Of a DNA stretch of 64,000 nt, positions 37,907 to 48,832 are shown piece by piece (position 1 is the first letter of the stretch; the number at the start of each line of letters is the position of its first letter). Source of the stretch: Dehalococcoidia bacterium (GTDB lineage Bacteria; Chloroflexota; Dehalococcoidia; Bin125). The position numbers were made by a program, and so were the translations under genes. The notes beneath the pieces were generated by a model. That model made no database searches. It saw nothing but the letters and a program-made list of their open reading frames with translations, and was not told where the DNA came from. The stretch covers positions 800,001 to 864,000 of the forward strand of contig OY820591.1 in NCBI GenBank assembly GCA_963555985.3, read 5' to 3'.

Positions 37907-39027
37907 TGCCGGAACCTGCGGGCGAAGCCGCCCTTGTCTTGGCCGACGGCGCGATCTTCCGGGGAATCGCGTTGGGGTCGGCCACTGACACCTGGGGCGA
38001 AGTCGTCTTCAATACCTCGATGACGGGGTATCAGGAGATGCTCACCGATCCGTCGTACGCGGGCCAGATTTTGGTGCTGACGTATCCGTTGATCGGGAAC
38101 TATGGGATTGATCCGCCGATCGACGAATCACGGCAGGTGCAGGTACGTGGATTGGTAGTGCGGAGCGAGTGCGACTCGCCCTCGCATCCGCGCGGAGGGA
38201 TGCGGCTGCACGACTACCTCGTCGCTGCGGACATCCCTGGGATCGCCGGCGTCGATACGCGCGCGATTACGCGGCGCATTCGGCACGAGGGTGTGATGCA
38301 AGGCATGATCGTGCCAGTCACCGAGGCGGAAGAGGCTCGTGAGCGCTTGGCCAAGCTGCCCGACTACGACTCCCAGGACTTCATCTCGGTCGGCGCCGAC
38401 CAAGCTTATCTCTGGGATGGCGAGCCGCGACCCCTGAGTCGCGCCGATAACCTCGACGGCGACGCGCCCCACATCGTCGTGCTCGATCAGGGCTTGAAGT
38501 ACAACATTCTGCGCAATCTGCGCCGGCGCGGTTGCCGCGTCACCGCCATGCCGCCCACGAGCGGCGTCGAAGACATCCTCTCGCTGGAGCCGTCCGGCGT
38601 CCTGCTCGCGCCCGGCCCGGGCGACCCCGCCATGCGCGAGCTCCAGGTCCAGACCGCGACCGCTTTGATCGGCAAGCTGCCGGTGATGGGCATCTGCCTC
38701 GGCCATCAGGTGCTCGGACGCGCATTCGGCGCGGACACCTTCAAGCTCAAGTTCGGCCATCGCGGCGGCAATCACCCGGTCCTCGAAGTCGCCACCGGCC
38801 GTGTCGCGATCACGGCCCAAAATCACGGCTACGCCGTCGATCCCGACGGACTCTCAGCCGATGTCGAGGTTTCCCACATCAACCTCCATGACGACACGGT
38901 CGAAGGTCTACGGCACCGAACCGAGCCAGTGTTCTCGATCCAGTACCACGCTGAGGCGTCCCCTGGTCCATTGGACAACGGAATGCTCTTCGACCACTTC
39001 CTCAAGCTGATCCACGAGGCCGGCTGA
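37903..39027 (+). CDS. carA: Carbamoyl-phosphate synthase small subunit
   Basis: GEVVFNTSMTGYQE, GICLGHQ and QYHAE. Confidence 0.96.
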   Translation: MMPEPAGEAALVLADGAIFRGIALGSATDTWGEVVFNTSMTGYQEMLTDPSYAGQILVLTYPLIGNYGIDPPIDESRQVQVRGLVVRSECDSPSHPRGGMRLHDYLVAADIPGIAGVDTRAITRRIRHEGVMQGMIVPVTEAEEARERLAKLPDYDSQDFISVGADQAYLWDGEPRPLSRADNLDGDAPHIVVLDQGLKYNILRNLRRRGCRVTAMPPTSGVEDILSLEPSGVLLAPGPGDPAMRELQVQTATALIGKLPVMGICLGHQVLGRAFGADTFKLKFGHRGGNHPVLEVATGRVAITAQNHGYAVDPDGLSADVEVSHINLHDDTVEGLRHRTEPVFSIQYHAEASPGPLDNGMLFDHFLKLIHEAG

Positions 39028-39061
39028 GACCCCGCCGGCAGACGGAGACGAGACCAGCGAC

Positions 39062-39529
39062 ATGAGCCACTCCAGCGCCGACACACTCGAATACCGCCGC
39101 GCGATCGGCGCCGATGCCGATGCCGTCGCCGCCGTCATCCGCGATGTCGTGGAAGGACCCAATCCGGTCGTGTTTGATCGTCCTCTCAGCGCCGAAGACG
39201 TAACGACCTGGCTCGCGCGACTCGGCGAGAGCGGCGCGATCTACGTCGCCGTCGACGACGATTCGGTGATCGGCTTCGGCGCGCTCGACTTCAATACCCA
39301 GAACTTCCAGACCGCCACCCTCGGCGTCTGGATTCGCTCCGAATGGCGCCGCAGAGGTATCGGTACGATCCTTGCGGAGTACCTGCTCGAACACGCGCGC
39401 GAACAGAAGTTTCGGCGGATCGTGGGCAGCTTGCCTGAGAACAACGAGGCTGCGCTCTCGTTCCTGAGCGCGATTGGCGGATTGGTGCCGCTGCTCAACC
39501 CCGAGTCTCGATTCGAGTTGCCCTTGTGA
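39062..39529 (+). CDS. GNAT family N-acetyltransferase
   Basis: WRRRGIG acetyl-CoA motif; N..AL.F. Confidence 0.8.
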   Translation: MSHSSADTLEYRRAIGADADAVAAVIRDVVEGPNPVVFDRPLSAEDVTTWLARLGESGAIYVAVDDDSVIGFGALDFNTQNFQTATLGVWIRSEWRRRGIGTILAEYLLEHAREQKFRRIVGSLPENNEAALSFLSAIGGLVPLLNPESRFELPL

Positions 39530-39559
39530 CGCGCGTATCCAGGCAGACCGGCGGACGCG

Positions 39560-39793
39560 ATGTACTTGCGGCTCCTCGCTGCGGCGGCTGGTTGTTTCGC
39601 CATTGGCGCGGGCACGCTGACGGTCGCAATCGTCTGTATCGCTGGAGCAATAGAGATCGGCTGCGAGCTCTGGCTGCTGGGGCCGCTCACGATGTGGCCG
39701 CTGGCAATCGGTTTGGCATTCCTCGCGCGAGCTGCGAGAGCTCCCCTGGACGACGGCATTACTCAAGACGGGACTCCCAGTGACGAAACCTGA
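39560..39793 (+). CDS. Small hypothetical membrane protein
   Basis: Two hydrophobic segments; fills the gap before carB. Confidence 0.45.
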   Translation: MYLRLLAAAAGCFAIGAGTLTVAIVCIAGAIEIGCELWLLGPLTMWPLAIGLAFLARAARAPLDDGITQDGTPSDET

Positions 39794-42700
39794 ATCGGTC
39801 CTGATCATCGGTTCCGGCCCGATCGTGATCGGCCAGGCCGCCGAATTCGACTACGCCGGCACCCAGGCCTGCAAAGCGATGCGCGAAGAGGGCGTCCGTT
39901 CGATCCTGGTCAACTCGAACCCCGCCACGATCATGACCGACGAGGGCGTTGCCGATGCGGTCTACATCGAGCCGCTCACGGTTGAGGTGCTGCGCCGCGT
40001 GATTGAGCGCGAACGCCCCGAGGGACTGCTGCCGACGCTCGGCGGGCAGGTCGGCCTCAACCTCGCCGTCGAATTGCATGACGCCGGCATCCTCGACGAA
40101 TTCAACGTCCGCCTGCTGGGGACGCCGCTCGACGCGATTCGCCGCGCCGAAGACCGTGAGCTCTTCCGCGACGCGATGCGCGAGATCGGCGAGCCGACCC
40201 CCCCCTCGGCGATCGTCCACACACTCGCCGAGGCGCGCGAAGCGCTGGAGGAGATCGGCCTCCCCGTCGCGATCCGCCCCGCCTACACGCTCGGTGGAAC
40301 CGGCGGCGGCTTCGTCCGCACGATGGATGAGTTTGAACGCGTCGTCCAGAACGGCCTCGACGCCTCCCCGATCACCCAGGTGCTCGTCGAACGATCCCTG
40401 CTCGGCTGGAAAGAGGTCGAGTACGAGGTCATGCGCGACAGCGCCGACACCTGCATCACGATCTGCAACATGGAGAACCTCGACCCGATGGGCGTCCACA
40501 CCGGCGACTCGATCGTCGTCGCGCCCTCCCAGACGCTCTCCGACAAGGACTACCAGCTACTCCGCTCGGCCTCGCTCAACATCATCCGCTCACTTGGCAT
40601 CGAAGGCGGCTGCAACGTCCAGCTCGCGCTCGCGCCTCGCCCCGATGTCGTCGCCTGGCCGCCCGAATCCCAACCCGAGCACGGCGGCGTCGGCGTCCCT
40701 CACGACGAACCGCTGCCCTACTACGTGATCGAAGTCAACCCGCGCGTCTCCCGCTCGTCGGCCCTCGCTTCCAAGGCTACCGGCTACCCGATCGCCCGCG
40801 TCGCGGCCAAGATCGCCACCGGCAAACGCCTCGACGAGATCCCCAACCAGGTCACCGGACGCACCCAAGCCGCCTTTGAGCCAGCCCTCGACTACTGCGT
40901 CGTCAAGATCCCGCGCTGGCCCTTCGACAAGTTCGAGGCCGGCGATCGCGTGCTCGGCACCCAGATGAAGGCCACCGGCGAGGTCATGGCGATCGACCGC
41001 ACCTTCGAAGCCGCCCTACAGAAGGCGGTCCGCTCGCTCGAGGTCGGCGGACGGTCCGTCCTCTGGGAGGACTCAGAGATCGATTCCTCCCCTACCGAAG
41101 CCGCGGCCGTGCCCACTGACAATCGCATCTGGCACCTGCTCGCCGCCATCCGCGCCGATATCTCCGTCGACGAGATCGCCCACACCTCCGGCGTCGATCC
41201 CTGGTTCCTCGAACGCCTCGAAACCATCGTCAACATGGAGCGTCGGCTGCTCGCCGAGCCGCTCACCCCCGCGCTGCTGCGGGCAGCCAAACGGATGGGT
41301 TTCGCAGACGAACAGATCGCGAATCTCGCGGGGGATGTCGGCGAGCGTGTCCGTGAGCTCCGCCGCGAGTGGGGCATCGCACCCGTCTACAAGATGGTCG
41401 ATACGTGCGCGGCCGAATTCGACGCGGTCACGCCCTACTTCTACTCGACCTATGAGGAGGAGAATGAGGCGATACCGGAGCCGGGTCCGCGGGCGTTGGT
41501 AGTCGGTTCGGGGCCGATTCGGATTGGGCAGGGGATCGAGTTCGACTACGCCTCGGTCAAGGCGGCGCAAGCACTGCGCAGCGCGGGCTGGGCCGCGGTG
41601 ATGGCGAACAGCAACCCCGAGACCGTCTCGACCGACTTCGACACCTCCGATCGGCTCTACTTCGAGCCGCTGGACGAAGAGGCGGTGCGGGACATTCTGG
41701 AGAACGAGGATGGGGCGCTGAGCAACGGCTCTTTGGATTACGACATCCGGACGGATGGCGGAGAAGTCTCCTCGATTCTCCAGTTCGGAGGGCAGACGGC
41801 GATCAATCTCGCCAATCCGCTGACCAGCGCGGCACGGCCGATTCTGGGTTCCCCGGCGGACGTGATTGATCTGGCCGAGGATCGGCGGCGATTCGAACGT
41901 TTCCTTGCCGATCTGGGTATTCCGCAGCCGCCCGGGACGGCGGTGAACAGCGTCGATGAGGCGGTGCTGGCGGCGGACGCGATTGGCTATCCGGTGCTGG
42001 TGCGGCCGTCGTATGTATTGGGCGGGCGGGCGATGGAGATCGTGCAGGGCGTGGGCGATCTCGCGCGCTACGTCACGCAAGCGCAGGCGGCTGCCCCAGG
42101 CAAGCCAGTGCTGATTGACAAGTATCTGGCCGGGATTGAAGTCGAGGTGGATGCGATTTGCGGCGGGCCGGACGACGGCGCGGTGCTGATTCCGGGGATC
42201 ATGGAGCATATCGAGCGCGCGGGCGTGCATTCGGGCGACAGCATGGCGGTCTATCCGGCGCCCAATCTCCGCGCCGGTGAGGTGGGCAAGATCATCGAAT
42301 ACACGCGCCAGATCGGGGTCGGGTTGGGCGTGAGCGGGTTGATGAACATCCAGTACGTGGTGATGCGTGATCGCGATGGCGCTGATGGGGACGTGTATGT
42401 GTTGGAGGTGAACCCTCGCGCCAGCCGGACGGTGCCGTTCCTGAGCAAGGTGACCGGCGTGCCGATGGTCGAGGTCGCGGTGCGGGCGATGCTGGGGGAG
42501 ACGCTGGCGGCGCAGGGGTATCCGAGTGGGCTCTGGCCGACTACGCCGCTGGTGGCGATCAAGGCGCCGGTGTTCAGTATGTCGAAGCTGTCGGGGGTGG
42601 ATACTCATCTTGGTCCTGAGATGAAGTCGACTGGCGAGGTGATGGGCGTCGATGTCGATTACGACCGCGCGCTCAAGAAGGCGTTGATGGGGGCGGGGAT

Positions 42701-43133
42701 GGCGCTGCCGGCGCAAGGGCGGGCGCTGCTGAGTATTGCCGACCAGGACAAGGCGCAGGCGCTGGGACTGATTCGCAATCTGGGTGACGCCGGCTATCGC
42801 TTTCATGCGACTCACGGCACTGCCAACCTGATTCGGGGCCTGGGCTACGAGGTGACGGAAGCGCCGAAGCGCGAGATGACCGGCGATCCGGACGTGATTG
42901 ATCTGATTCGATCGGGCGGGGTTGATCTGGTGGTCAACACACCTGAGAACACGTCGGTGACGATCCGCGACGGGTTCCACATTCGCCGCGCCGCCGCCGA
43001 GCAGCGGATCCCGTGCTTCACGAGCATTGATACCGCCAATCACGCAGTGGCGGCGATGGTCGCGCCGGCGGACACGGGTGCGGAGGACTATCACGTGGCG
43101 CCGCTGCCCGAGTACACGGCGGGCCGCGTCTAA
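39780..43133 (+). CDS. carB: Carbamoyl-phosphate synthase large subunit
   Basis: [25 protein letters not shown], second ATP-grasp half and MGS domain. Confidence 0.97.
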   Translation: MTKPESVLIIGSGPIVIGQAAEFDYAGTQACKAMREEGVRSILVNSNPATIMTDEGVADAVYIEPLTVEVLRRVIERERPEGLLPTLGGQVGLNLAVELHDAGILDEFNVRLLGTPLDAIRRAEDRELFRDAMREIGEPTPPSAIVHTLAEAREALEEIGLPVAIRPAYTLGGTGGGFVRTMDEFERVVQNGLDASPITQVLVERSLLGWKEVEYEVMRDSADTCITICNMENLDPMGVHTGDSIVVAPSQTLSDKDYQLLRSASLNIIRSLGIEGGCNVQLALAPRPDVVAWPPESQPEHGGVGVPHDEPLPYYVIEVNPRVSRSSALASKATGYPIARVAAKIATGKRLDEIPNQVTGRTQAAFEPALDYCVVKIPRWPFDKFEAGDRVLGTQMKATGEVMAIDRTFEAALQKAVRSLEVGGRSVLWEDSEIDSSPTEAAAVPTDNRIWHLLAAIRADISVDEIAHTSGVDPWFLERLETIVNMERRLLAEPLTPALLRAAKRMGFADEQIANLAGDVGERVRELRREWGIAPVYKMVDTCAAEFDAVTPYFYSTYEEENEAIPEPGPRALVVGSGPIRIGQGIEFDYASVKAAQALRSAGWAAVMANSNPETVSTDFDTSDRLYFEPLDEEAVRDILENEDGALSNGSLDYDIRTDGGEVSSILQFGGQTAINLANPLTSAARPILGSPADVIDLAEDRRRFERFLADLGIPQPPGTAVNSVDEAVLAADAIGYPVLVRPSYVLGGRAMEIVQGVGDLARYVTQAQAAAPGKPVLIDKYLAGIEVEVDAICGGPDDGAVLIPGIMEHIERAGVHSGDSMAVYPAPNLRAGEVGKIIEYTRQIGVGLGVSGLMNIQYVVMRDRDGADGDVYVLEVNPRASRTVPFLSKVTGVPMVEVAVRAMLGETLAAQGYPSGLWPTTPLVAIKAPVFSMSKLSGVDTHLGPEMKSTGEVMGVDVDYDRALKKALMGAGMALPAQGRALLSIADQDKAQALGLIRNLGDAGYRFHATHGTANLIRGLGYEVTEAPKREMTGDPDVIDLIRSGGVDLVVNTPENTSVTIRDGFHIRRAAAEQRIPCFTSIDTANHAVAAMVAPADTGAEDYHVAPLPEYTAGRV

Positions 43134-43151
43134 GCGGGCGCTGGAGCGATC

Positions 43152-43961
43152 ATGCGCCGCGCCGCCGCCACCGTTGTCGAAACCGCGGAAATCTACCCCG
43201 GCACCTTCGTCACCTGGTACGACGCTCCGGCGCTGTCTCAACATGCTCGTCCGGGGCAGTTCGTGATGGTGGATCCGGGCTATGAGTTGGGATCGGTGGA
43301 TCCGCTGCTGCCGCGCGCGTTCTCGTACTATCGCTTTCGCTCGGTTGGGGGCCGCGAGGGAGAGCGGCAGTTTGCGTTGCTGTACACGGTGATCGGGCGG
43401 GTGACTGAGGCGATGGCGGCGCAGCAGCCCGGGGAGCGAGTGTGGATGACAGGGCCGCTCGGGCGCGGCTTCGAGGTGCGGCGAACGGCTGCGAATCTCT
43501 TGCTGATTGGCGGCGGGGTGGGGATCGCGCCGCTGGTCGCGCTAGCCGACTCCGAGCTGGAGCGCAGCGGCGGCCGCCGGCGCTCGATCGTGCTCTGTTT
43601 CGGAGCGCGGACAGCGGAGGGCGTCTATCCCGCCGATCTGTTGCCGCCGGAAGTCGAGTACGAGGTGGCGACGGAGGACGGCTCGCTGGGGCACGAGGGC
43701 TTCGTGACCGATCTGTTCGCACAGCATCTGAGCTGGGCGGACCAGAGCTTCGCTTGCGGGCCGGTGCCGATGTTCCGGGCGATGTCGCCGATCGTGCGGG
43801 CGGACGGGATGCGGCGTCCGGTGCAGATTTTGATGGAGACGGAGATGGCCTGCGGCACGGGCATCTGCTACGGCTGCGCGGTGTTCACGAAGCGGGGGGT
43901 GAAGTTGTGCTGTACGGACGGGCCTCGGTTCGAGCTGCTGGACGTGTATCCGCATGGCTAG
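43152..43961 (+). CDS. pyrK: Dihydroorotate dehydrogenase electron transfer subunit
   Basis: PGQF, GPLG, GGGVGIAP and MACGTGICYGC..C [2Fe-2S] motif. Confidence 0.9.
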   Translation: MRRAAATVVETAEIYPGTFVTWYDAPALSQHARPGQFVMVDPGYELGSVDPLLPRAFSYYRFRSVGGREGERQFALLYTVIGRVTEAMAAQQPGERVWMTGPLGRGFEVRRTAANLLLIGGGVGIAPLVALADSELERSGGRRRSIVLCFGARTAEGVYPADLLPPEVEYEVATEDGSLGHEGFVTDLFAQHLSWADQSFACGPVPMFRAMSPIVRADGMRRPVQILMETEMACGTGICYGCAVFTKRGVKLCCTDGPRFELLDVYPHG

Positions 43962-43970
43962 CCTTCACCA

Positions 43971-46247
43971 ATGCACAAATTCGCGTTGGCTGTCGCCGCC
44001 ACGCTCGCCCTGCTCGTCGCGCTCACTGTCGCGTCGTCGGCAGAGGAACCGGTACCTGATGCGCACACTGTCACGCTACAGCCGGGCGACAACTACGTGG
44101 GCTGGGTGGGCGACGCGATCTCGGTGGAGGACATCTTCGCGGCGATTCCCGAGGCGGCGCTGATCTATACATGGGACGCCGACTCGCGGTTCTGGCGATA
44201 TGCGATTCGGGGCGTTGGCGGACCGCTTGAGACGCTGGAGCCGGGTATGGCCGCGATGGTTCGCGTCGTCGGCGACGAACCGGTTGAGTGGACTCGGCCG
44301 TTGACGCCCGCGAAAGGATCGGTGGCGCTGAATACGGGCGTGAACTGGGTGACCTGGCTGGGGCGCGAGGGTTGGCCGCTCGATCAGCTTGTGCGCGGGA
44401 TCGGCAAGTCGTTGGTCAGCATTCAGCTGGGCGACGCCATCTACGCGGTGCCGATTGATGCGCCTGATACGGAACTGCCCGCCGTCCGGCGTGGCGACGC
44501 GCTGAAGGTGACGGTCAGCCGCGATCTGCGCTGGTTGCAGCCGACGGGGATCATGCCGAGGATCGTCTGGGTGGGGGAGTATCCTCAATCGCTCCAAAGC
44601 GAGTTGACCGCCGAGATTCGCGAGATCGTGGATTACTTCGCCGAGACGCACGGCGTGGAAACTGACTTCTCGGATACCACAATCTTACTCTGGCACACCA
44701 TCGAAGATGTCGTGGCGTATCAAGACTCAAGCCCGCAGTACCCATTTCACTTAGGTGGTGAGGCGCTCCGTTTGTCTCTTACAGACGGCCCCGGCGGCGG
44801 TACTGCTTGGGGAGCGTTCCTCACATCTGATTGGTGGCAGCTGAACCCTTCACGGTCAAGATTCAAAACTCTACTCACCCATGAGTGGTTCCATTACTTA
44901 CAGATTCAGTACACGGACTTCTGGGCGACAGCTGGCAAGCCGCCCGAGTGGATACTCGAAGGTACTGCGGTCTGGTCCGGCGACGAGGGAATTCGCATTG
45001 CTGATGACCTCGAGACATTTGAAGAGACGCGTCGTGAACACTTGGACAGCGCTAAAGTCACCTCCGCAACGTTGCGTAGCGCTGAGGAACGCAATACTCC
45101 GTGGCAGTATGTACTCGGCTTACTGGCGGTCGATCTGCTGGTAGAGCGCAATGGCGCCGACTCGATGGTCGAGTATTTCCGCCAACAGCATCCGCAGGCC
45201 GTTGGAGCGGATCGCCGATGGCAGTCCAGACCGGAATTGGCGGAGGCGTTCCTGGCTGCGTTTGGTCTGGAACCGGACGCATTCTACACAGAGTTCGAAG
45301 AATGGCGTGAAGCTCTCCCTGGTCGTCGGATACGCGACTCAGGCGAGCCCAAACTACGTGGTCGCCTCCTCAACGCCAGCGGTGAGTCGGCGGCGGGCTT
45401 CTGGATCAACGCGGCGCCATACGAAGGCGAACACAAAGCCGGTCGTATCCGCCGCAGCGAGGTCATGGAAGACGGCTCGTTCGTCGTCGACCTCAAGCCT
45501 AACACGACGCAGCGGATCTGGATCACGCGCGACGGCTGCGAGCTCTGGGTCACTGATGAGGGTCTAACGACCCAACGGCCAGAGCCTGGACAGTACCGCG
45601 ACCTGGACACCGATCGCTTGCCGACGCTGGAGCTTGAGTTGCCCGAGGACGCCTGCCGCTGGCAGTTGCGGATGCGCGTGTTGGGTCTGCGTGGGGACAC
45701 ACGCCCCATCGATGTTGTCGTGCAGGGTGAATCTTCCTACGACTGGGCGAAGCGGCACTGGGACGGTGGTTTCGTGTGGTTTGCTCCCGCCGCCGGCGAA
45801 TATCAGGTTGGGATTAAAGTCGACGGCTGCGAGCTCTGGTATCGCTCAGGCCGCTTGTTCCCCGCAAAGGACGATGCGGCCTGGCTCCAACTGGCGGGCG
45901 ATCCTGTTGAACTTGAGGTTCGCGTCCCGCACGATCTGTGCGTGCGCACGTTGACTGGACGACTCATTGACGAAGAAGGTTCGCCGCTTGGCGACGTTTG
46001 GATATCTGCCGAGGGGCAAGGGACCGCCAGCCTCTCATACACCGACTCGAATGGCCAATTCACAATCACCGTGCCCGAGAGCGGCGATTACGGGCTGTAC
46101 TTCTGGCAAGATGACTGCTTTGTCGCCTACCGCCAGCCGGAGGCGACCGGCGACTGGGCCCGAGCGGAGCGGATCGACGTCAGCGGCGAAGATGTGACCG
46201 GCATCGAGTTCAGAGTCCCAAACCGCCTATTCGAATCCTGCCGCTGA
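43971..46247 (+). CDS. Secreted zincin-like metallopeptidase with N-terminal repeats and C-terminal carboxypeptidase-regulatory-like domains
   Basis: Signal peptide; THEWFH and PEWILEG motifs; paralog of 1462-3585. Confidence 0.75.
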   Translation: MHKFALAVAATLALLVALTVASSAEEPVPDAHTVTLQPGDNYVGWVGDAISVEDIFAAIPEAALIYTWDADSRFWRYAIRGVGGPLETLEPGMAAMVRVVGDEPVEWTRPLTPAKGSVALNTGVNWVTWLGREGWPLDQLVRGIGKSLVSIQLGDAIYAVPIDAPDTELPAVRRGDALKVTVSRDLRWLQPTGIMPRIVWVGEYPQSLQSELTAEIREIVDYFAETHGVETDFSDTTILLWHTIEDVVAYQDSSPQYPFHLGGEALRLSLTDGPGGGTAWGAFLTSDWWQLNPSRSRFKTLLTHEWFHYLQIQYTDFWATAGKPPEWILEGTAVWSGDEGIRIADDLETFEETRREHLDSAKVTSATLRSAEERNTPWQYVLGLLAVDLLVERNGADSMVEYFRQQHPQAVGADRRWQSRPELAEAFLAAFGLEPDAFYTEFEEWREALPGRRIRDSGEPKLRGRLLNASGESAAGFWINAAPYEGEHKAGRIRRSEVMEDGSFVVDLKPNTTQRIWITRDGCELWVTDEGLTTQRPEPGQYRDLDTDRLPTLELELPEDACRWQLRMRVLGLRGDTRPIDVVVQGESSYDWAKRHWDGGFVWFAPAAGEYQVGIKVDGCELWYRSGRLFPAKDDAAWLQLAGDPVELEVRVPHDLCVRTLTGRLIDEEGSPLGDVWISAEGQGTASLSYTDSNGQFTITVPESGDYGLYFWQDDCFVAYRQPEATGDWARAERIDVSGEDVTGIEFRVPNRLFESCR

Positions 46248-46300
46248 CCCGTTGCTACCCTGCCTGCGACTGAGTTGGATACTTGAGTTCGGGGGTTGTC

Positions 46301-47146
46301 ATGGCTGGTGCAGGTCGGTTGGTGTTGGATGGGTTGGTGTTTCCCGAGGGGCCTCGGTGGTTTGAGGGGCGGTTGTGGTTCTCGGACATGCATGCGCATG
46401 AGGTAGTGGCGGTGACTCCTGAGGGGAAGCGGGAGACGATTGTGAGGGTTCGGAATCAGCCCTCCGGTCTGGGCTTTCTCCCCGACGGGCGGTTGCTGGT
46501 GGTCTCGATGACCGATCGCAAGCTGCTTCGGCTCGACCCGGACGGCCTCTACGAAGTCGCCGATATCAGCGAGTACGCTCCCTATCACTGCAACGACATG
46601 GTGGTCGACGCCGACGGCAACGCATACATCGGCAACTTTGGGTTTGATATCACGGACGGGTCGCCGCCGCGGGCGACGACGATGGTGCAGGTGGATACGG
46701 ACGGCAACGCACGGGTGGTTGCAGACGGGTTGCAGTTTCCCAACGGGACGGTGATCACGCCGGACGGCAAAACCCTGATCGTTGGCGAGAGTTGGGGACA
46801 ACGGCTGACGGCGTTCGATGTCGAGGACGATGGCTCGCTTTCCAATCAGCGGGTCTGGGCAGACCTCGGTTTCCCGCCGGACGGGATTTGTCTTGATGCA
46901 GAGGGCGCGATCTGGGTCGCCGTGCCGACCAACCCGGGCGCGCTGGCGCGCGTCGCCGAGGGCGGCGAAGTGCTGGAGCGGATTGAGGTGTCGGATATGG
47001 GCGTGTACGCCTGCATGTTGGGCGGGGAGGGCCGGAAGACGCTGTTCTCGCTGGAGGCGCCGACCAGCAATCCACAGCCTGGGGATGCTCGGCGGGGTCG
47101 GATTCGGGCGTTTGAGGTGGAGGTGGGCGGAGCGGGTTTGCCGTAG
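46301..47146 (+). CDS. SMP-30/gluconolactonase family protein
   Basis: FPEGPRW, NDMVVD, FPNG and PDGICLDAEG. Confidence 0.92.
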   Translation: MAGAGRLVLDGLVFPEGPRWFEGRLWFSDMHAHEVVAVTPEGKRETIVRVRNQPSGLGFLPDGRLLVVSMTDRKLLRLDPDGLYEVADISEYAPYHCNDMVVDADGNAYIGNFGFDITDGSPPRATTMVQVDTDGNARVVADGLQFPNGTVITPDGKTLIVGESWGQRLTAFDVEDDGSLSNQRVWADLGFPPDGICLDAEGAIWVAVPTNPGALARVAEGGEVLERIEVSDMGVYACMLGGEGRKTLFSLEAPTSNPQPGDARRGRIRAFEVEVGGAGLP

Positions 47147-47172
47147 GGATGGGGTGTTTGTGTCGAGTCGGA

Positions 47173-47219
47173 CCCCCCTCTGTCACTGCGTGACATCTCC
47201 CCCCGCAGTGCGGGGGGAG
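47173..47219 (-). repeat. REP-like double palindrome
   Basis: Reverse-orientation copy of the 29634 repeat. Confidence 0.85.
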
Positions 47220-47258
47220 CGGGGATTGGGGTTTCGGGATGGCTCCCCGCGTGGTGTG

Positions 47259-47837
47259 GTGGGAGAGAAGGGAGCGTTGCGAAGGGAGCTTTGGCGCGGG
47301 CGGGCGGCGACGCCTCATGAGTTGGCGGCTGGTTGGTCGGCTGCGGTTGGTGCTCGGGTGGCGGCGCTGGAGGTCTGGCGTGCGGCGGGAGCGGTGCATC
47401 TGTTTGTGGGGGCATTGCCGGGAGAGGTGCGGACGATTGGGTTGCTGCGACGGGCGTTGTCGTCGGGGAAAACGGTGATCTGTCCGCGTGTGCTGGGGCG
47501 GGGGCGTCTGGAGCATCGGCGGGTGACCGGTTTGTCGCAGTTGACTCGCTCGCGACAGGGGCTGCTTGAGCCGGATGCGGAGTTGACGGAGTTGGCCGAT
47601 GCATCTGAGGCGGAGCTGATCCTGGTTCCCGGTCTTGGGTTTGATGCGCGGGGAGCGCGGCTGGGTTTGGGCGGCGGGTATTACGACCGCTTCCTGGCTG
47701 AGGTCGAGGGTACACAGTTGGGACTGGCGTTCGAGTGGCAATTGTTAAGCGAAGTACCAATGTCGGGGCATGATCAGCGGGTGGATGGCATAGTGACGGA
47801 GTTGCGCGTTATCCAGATTGCACGCGCGGAGGAGTGA
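47259..47837 (+). CDS. 5-formyltetrahydrofolate cyclo-ligase
   Basis: K..LR, LVPGLGFD..G.RLG.GGGYYDR and HD..VD. Confidence 0.9.
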   Translation: MGEKGALRRELWRGRAATPHELAAGWSAAVGARVAALEVWRAAGAVHLFVGALPGEVRTIGLLRRALSSGKTVICPRVLGRGRLEHRRVTGLSQLTRSRQGLLEPDAELTELADASEAELILVPGLGFDARGARLGLGGGYYDRFLAEVEGTQLGLAFEWQLLSEVPMSGHDQRVDGIVTELRVIQIARAEE

Positions 47838-47841
47838 ACCG

Positions 47842-48303
47842 ATGAGCCATGAAGTTCGGATTGTCCAGTTGCCGGCGCGGCGGGTTGCTGCGCTGCGGGC
47901 GAATGCGTCCAGCGCGGAGTTGGGGGAGAAGTTCGCGGAGTTGTTCCCGGCGGTGTTCGGACACCTGACGGAGCAGGGCGTGAGCGAGTTCGGGGCGGTG
48001 TGCGCGGTCTATCACACGATGGATGCGGAGCAGATGGAGTTGTCGGCGGGGATTGAGATTGGTCCGGAGGTAGAGCCGGCGTCGCCGCTGGAGGTGGTGG
48101 AGCTGGAGGCGGGCGAGGCGGCGCAGGTGGATCACTTTGGGCCGTATGACCAGCTGTATCAGGCGCATGAGGCGGTGATGCCGTTTCTGACGGCTCAGGG
48201 GCGTTCGCCGGCGCGGGGGCCGATTGAGCGCTACATCACGGATCCGGAGGCGGAGCCGGATGCGTCGAAGTGGTTGACCGAGGTGATTTGGCCGCTTGAT
48301 TAG
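47842..48303 (+). CDS. GyrI-like small-molecule-binding protein
   Basis: H.GPYD.L..AH and ERYITDP..TEV.WP. Confidence 0.85.
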   Translation: MSHEVRIVQLPARRVAALRANASSAELGEKFAELFPAVFGHLTEQGVSEFGAVCAVYHTMDAEQMELSAGIEIGPEVEPASPLEVVELEAGEAAQVDHFGPYDQLYQAHEAVMPFLTAQGRSPARGPIERYITDPEAEPDASKWLTEVIWPLD

Positions 48304-48308
48304 CGCTC

Positions 48309-48563
48309 CTAGGCGGACATTGGGTTGAACGGCTGGCCGCGCGAGAGTCGTTCGAGGGCTTCGGCGGCGGCCTGGATCACCTCAGCGGCGGCGCGGCCGC
48401 GGGCGGCGATGCGCTTGCCCGTGGTCTCGGTCAGTGTGAGGCCGTTGCGGTCGATGCCGCAGGCGTCAAGCAGGGCTTGGCGCTCGGCGCTGTTGCGGGG
48501 GAGGAGTTCGTGCCGGTCGGACATTTGGCGCTCCGATTTGGTCGGTTGGGTGTTGCCTTTCAT
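48309..48563 (-). CDS. Hypothetical protein
   Basis: About 84-aa ORF downstream of tRNA-Gly and repeats; start uncertain. Confidence 0.45.
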   Translation of the reverse strand: MKGNTQPTKSERQMSDRHELLPRNSAERQALLDACGIDRNGLTLTETTGKRIAARGRAAAEVIQAAAEALERLSRGQPFNPMSA

Positions 48564-48647
48564 AGGTAGTAACGCTTGGGGCGGGTGGAAGGTTCCGGTT
48601 GTGGTGTTTTCACTCCCTCTGCCCCATTGGGGCATCTCCCCCCTTGA

Positions 48648-48793
48648 GGAGAGTTGCGCGTAAATCACATTCCCGTTGCTCTCGTCATTCCAGCGAACGC
48701 TGGAATCTCGCTCCGACCAGATAGCCCGCAATTCCGGACGAGATTCCAGGTCAAGCCTGGACTGACGGAATCCGGGATTACGCGCAGGTCTCC
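48648..48793. mobile_element. 146-bp MITE inserted in a REP palindrome
   Basis: Ends GGAGAGTTGCGCGTAA / TTACGCGCAGGTCTCC; flanked by a TTGA duplication (48644-48647, 48794-48797); contains a REP doublet. Confidence 0.75.
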
Positions 48794-48832
48794 TTGAGGG
48801 GGAGATCGGTCAAGGGGAGGGGATTGGAGTGC

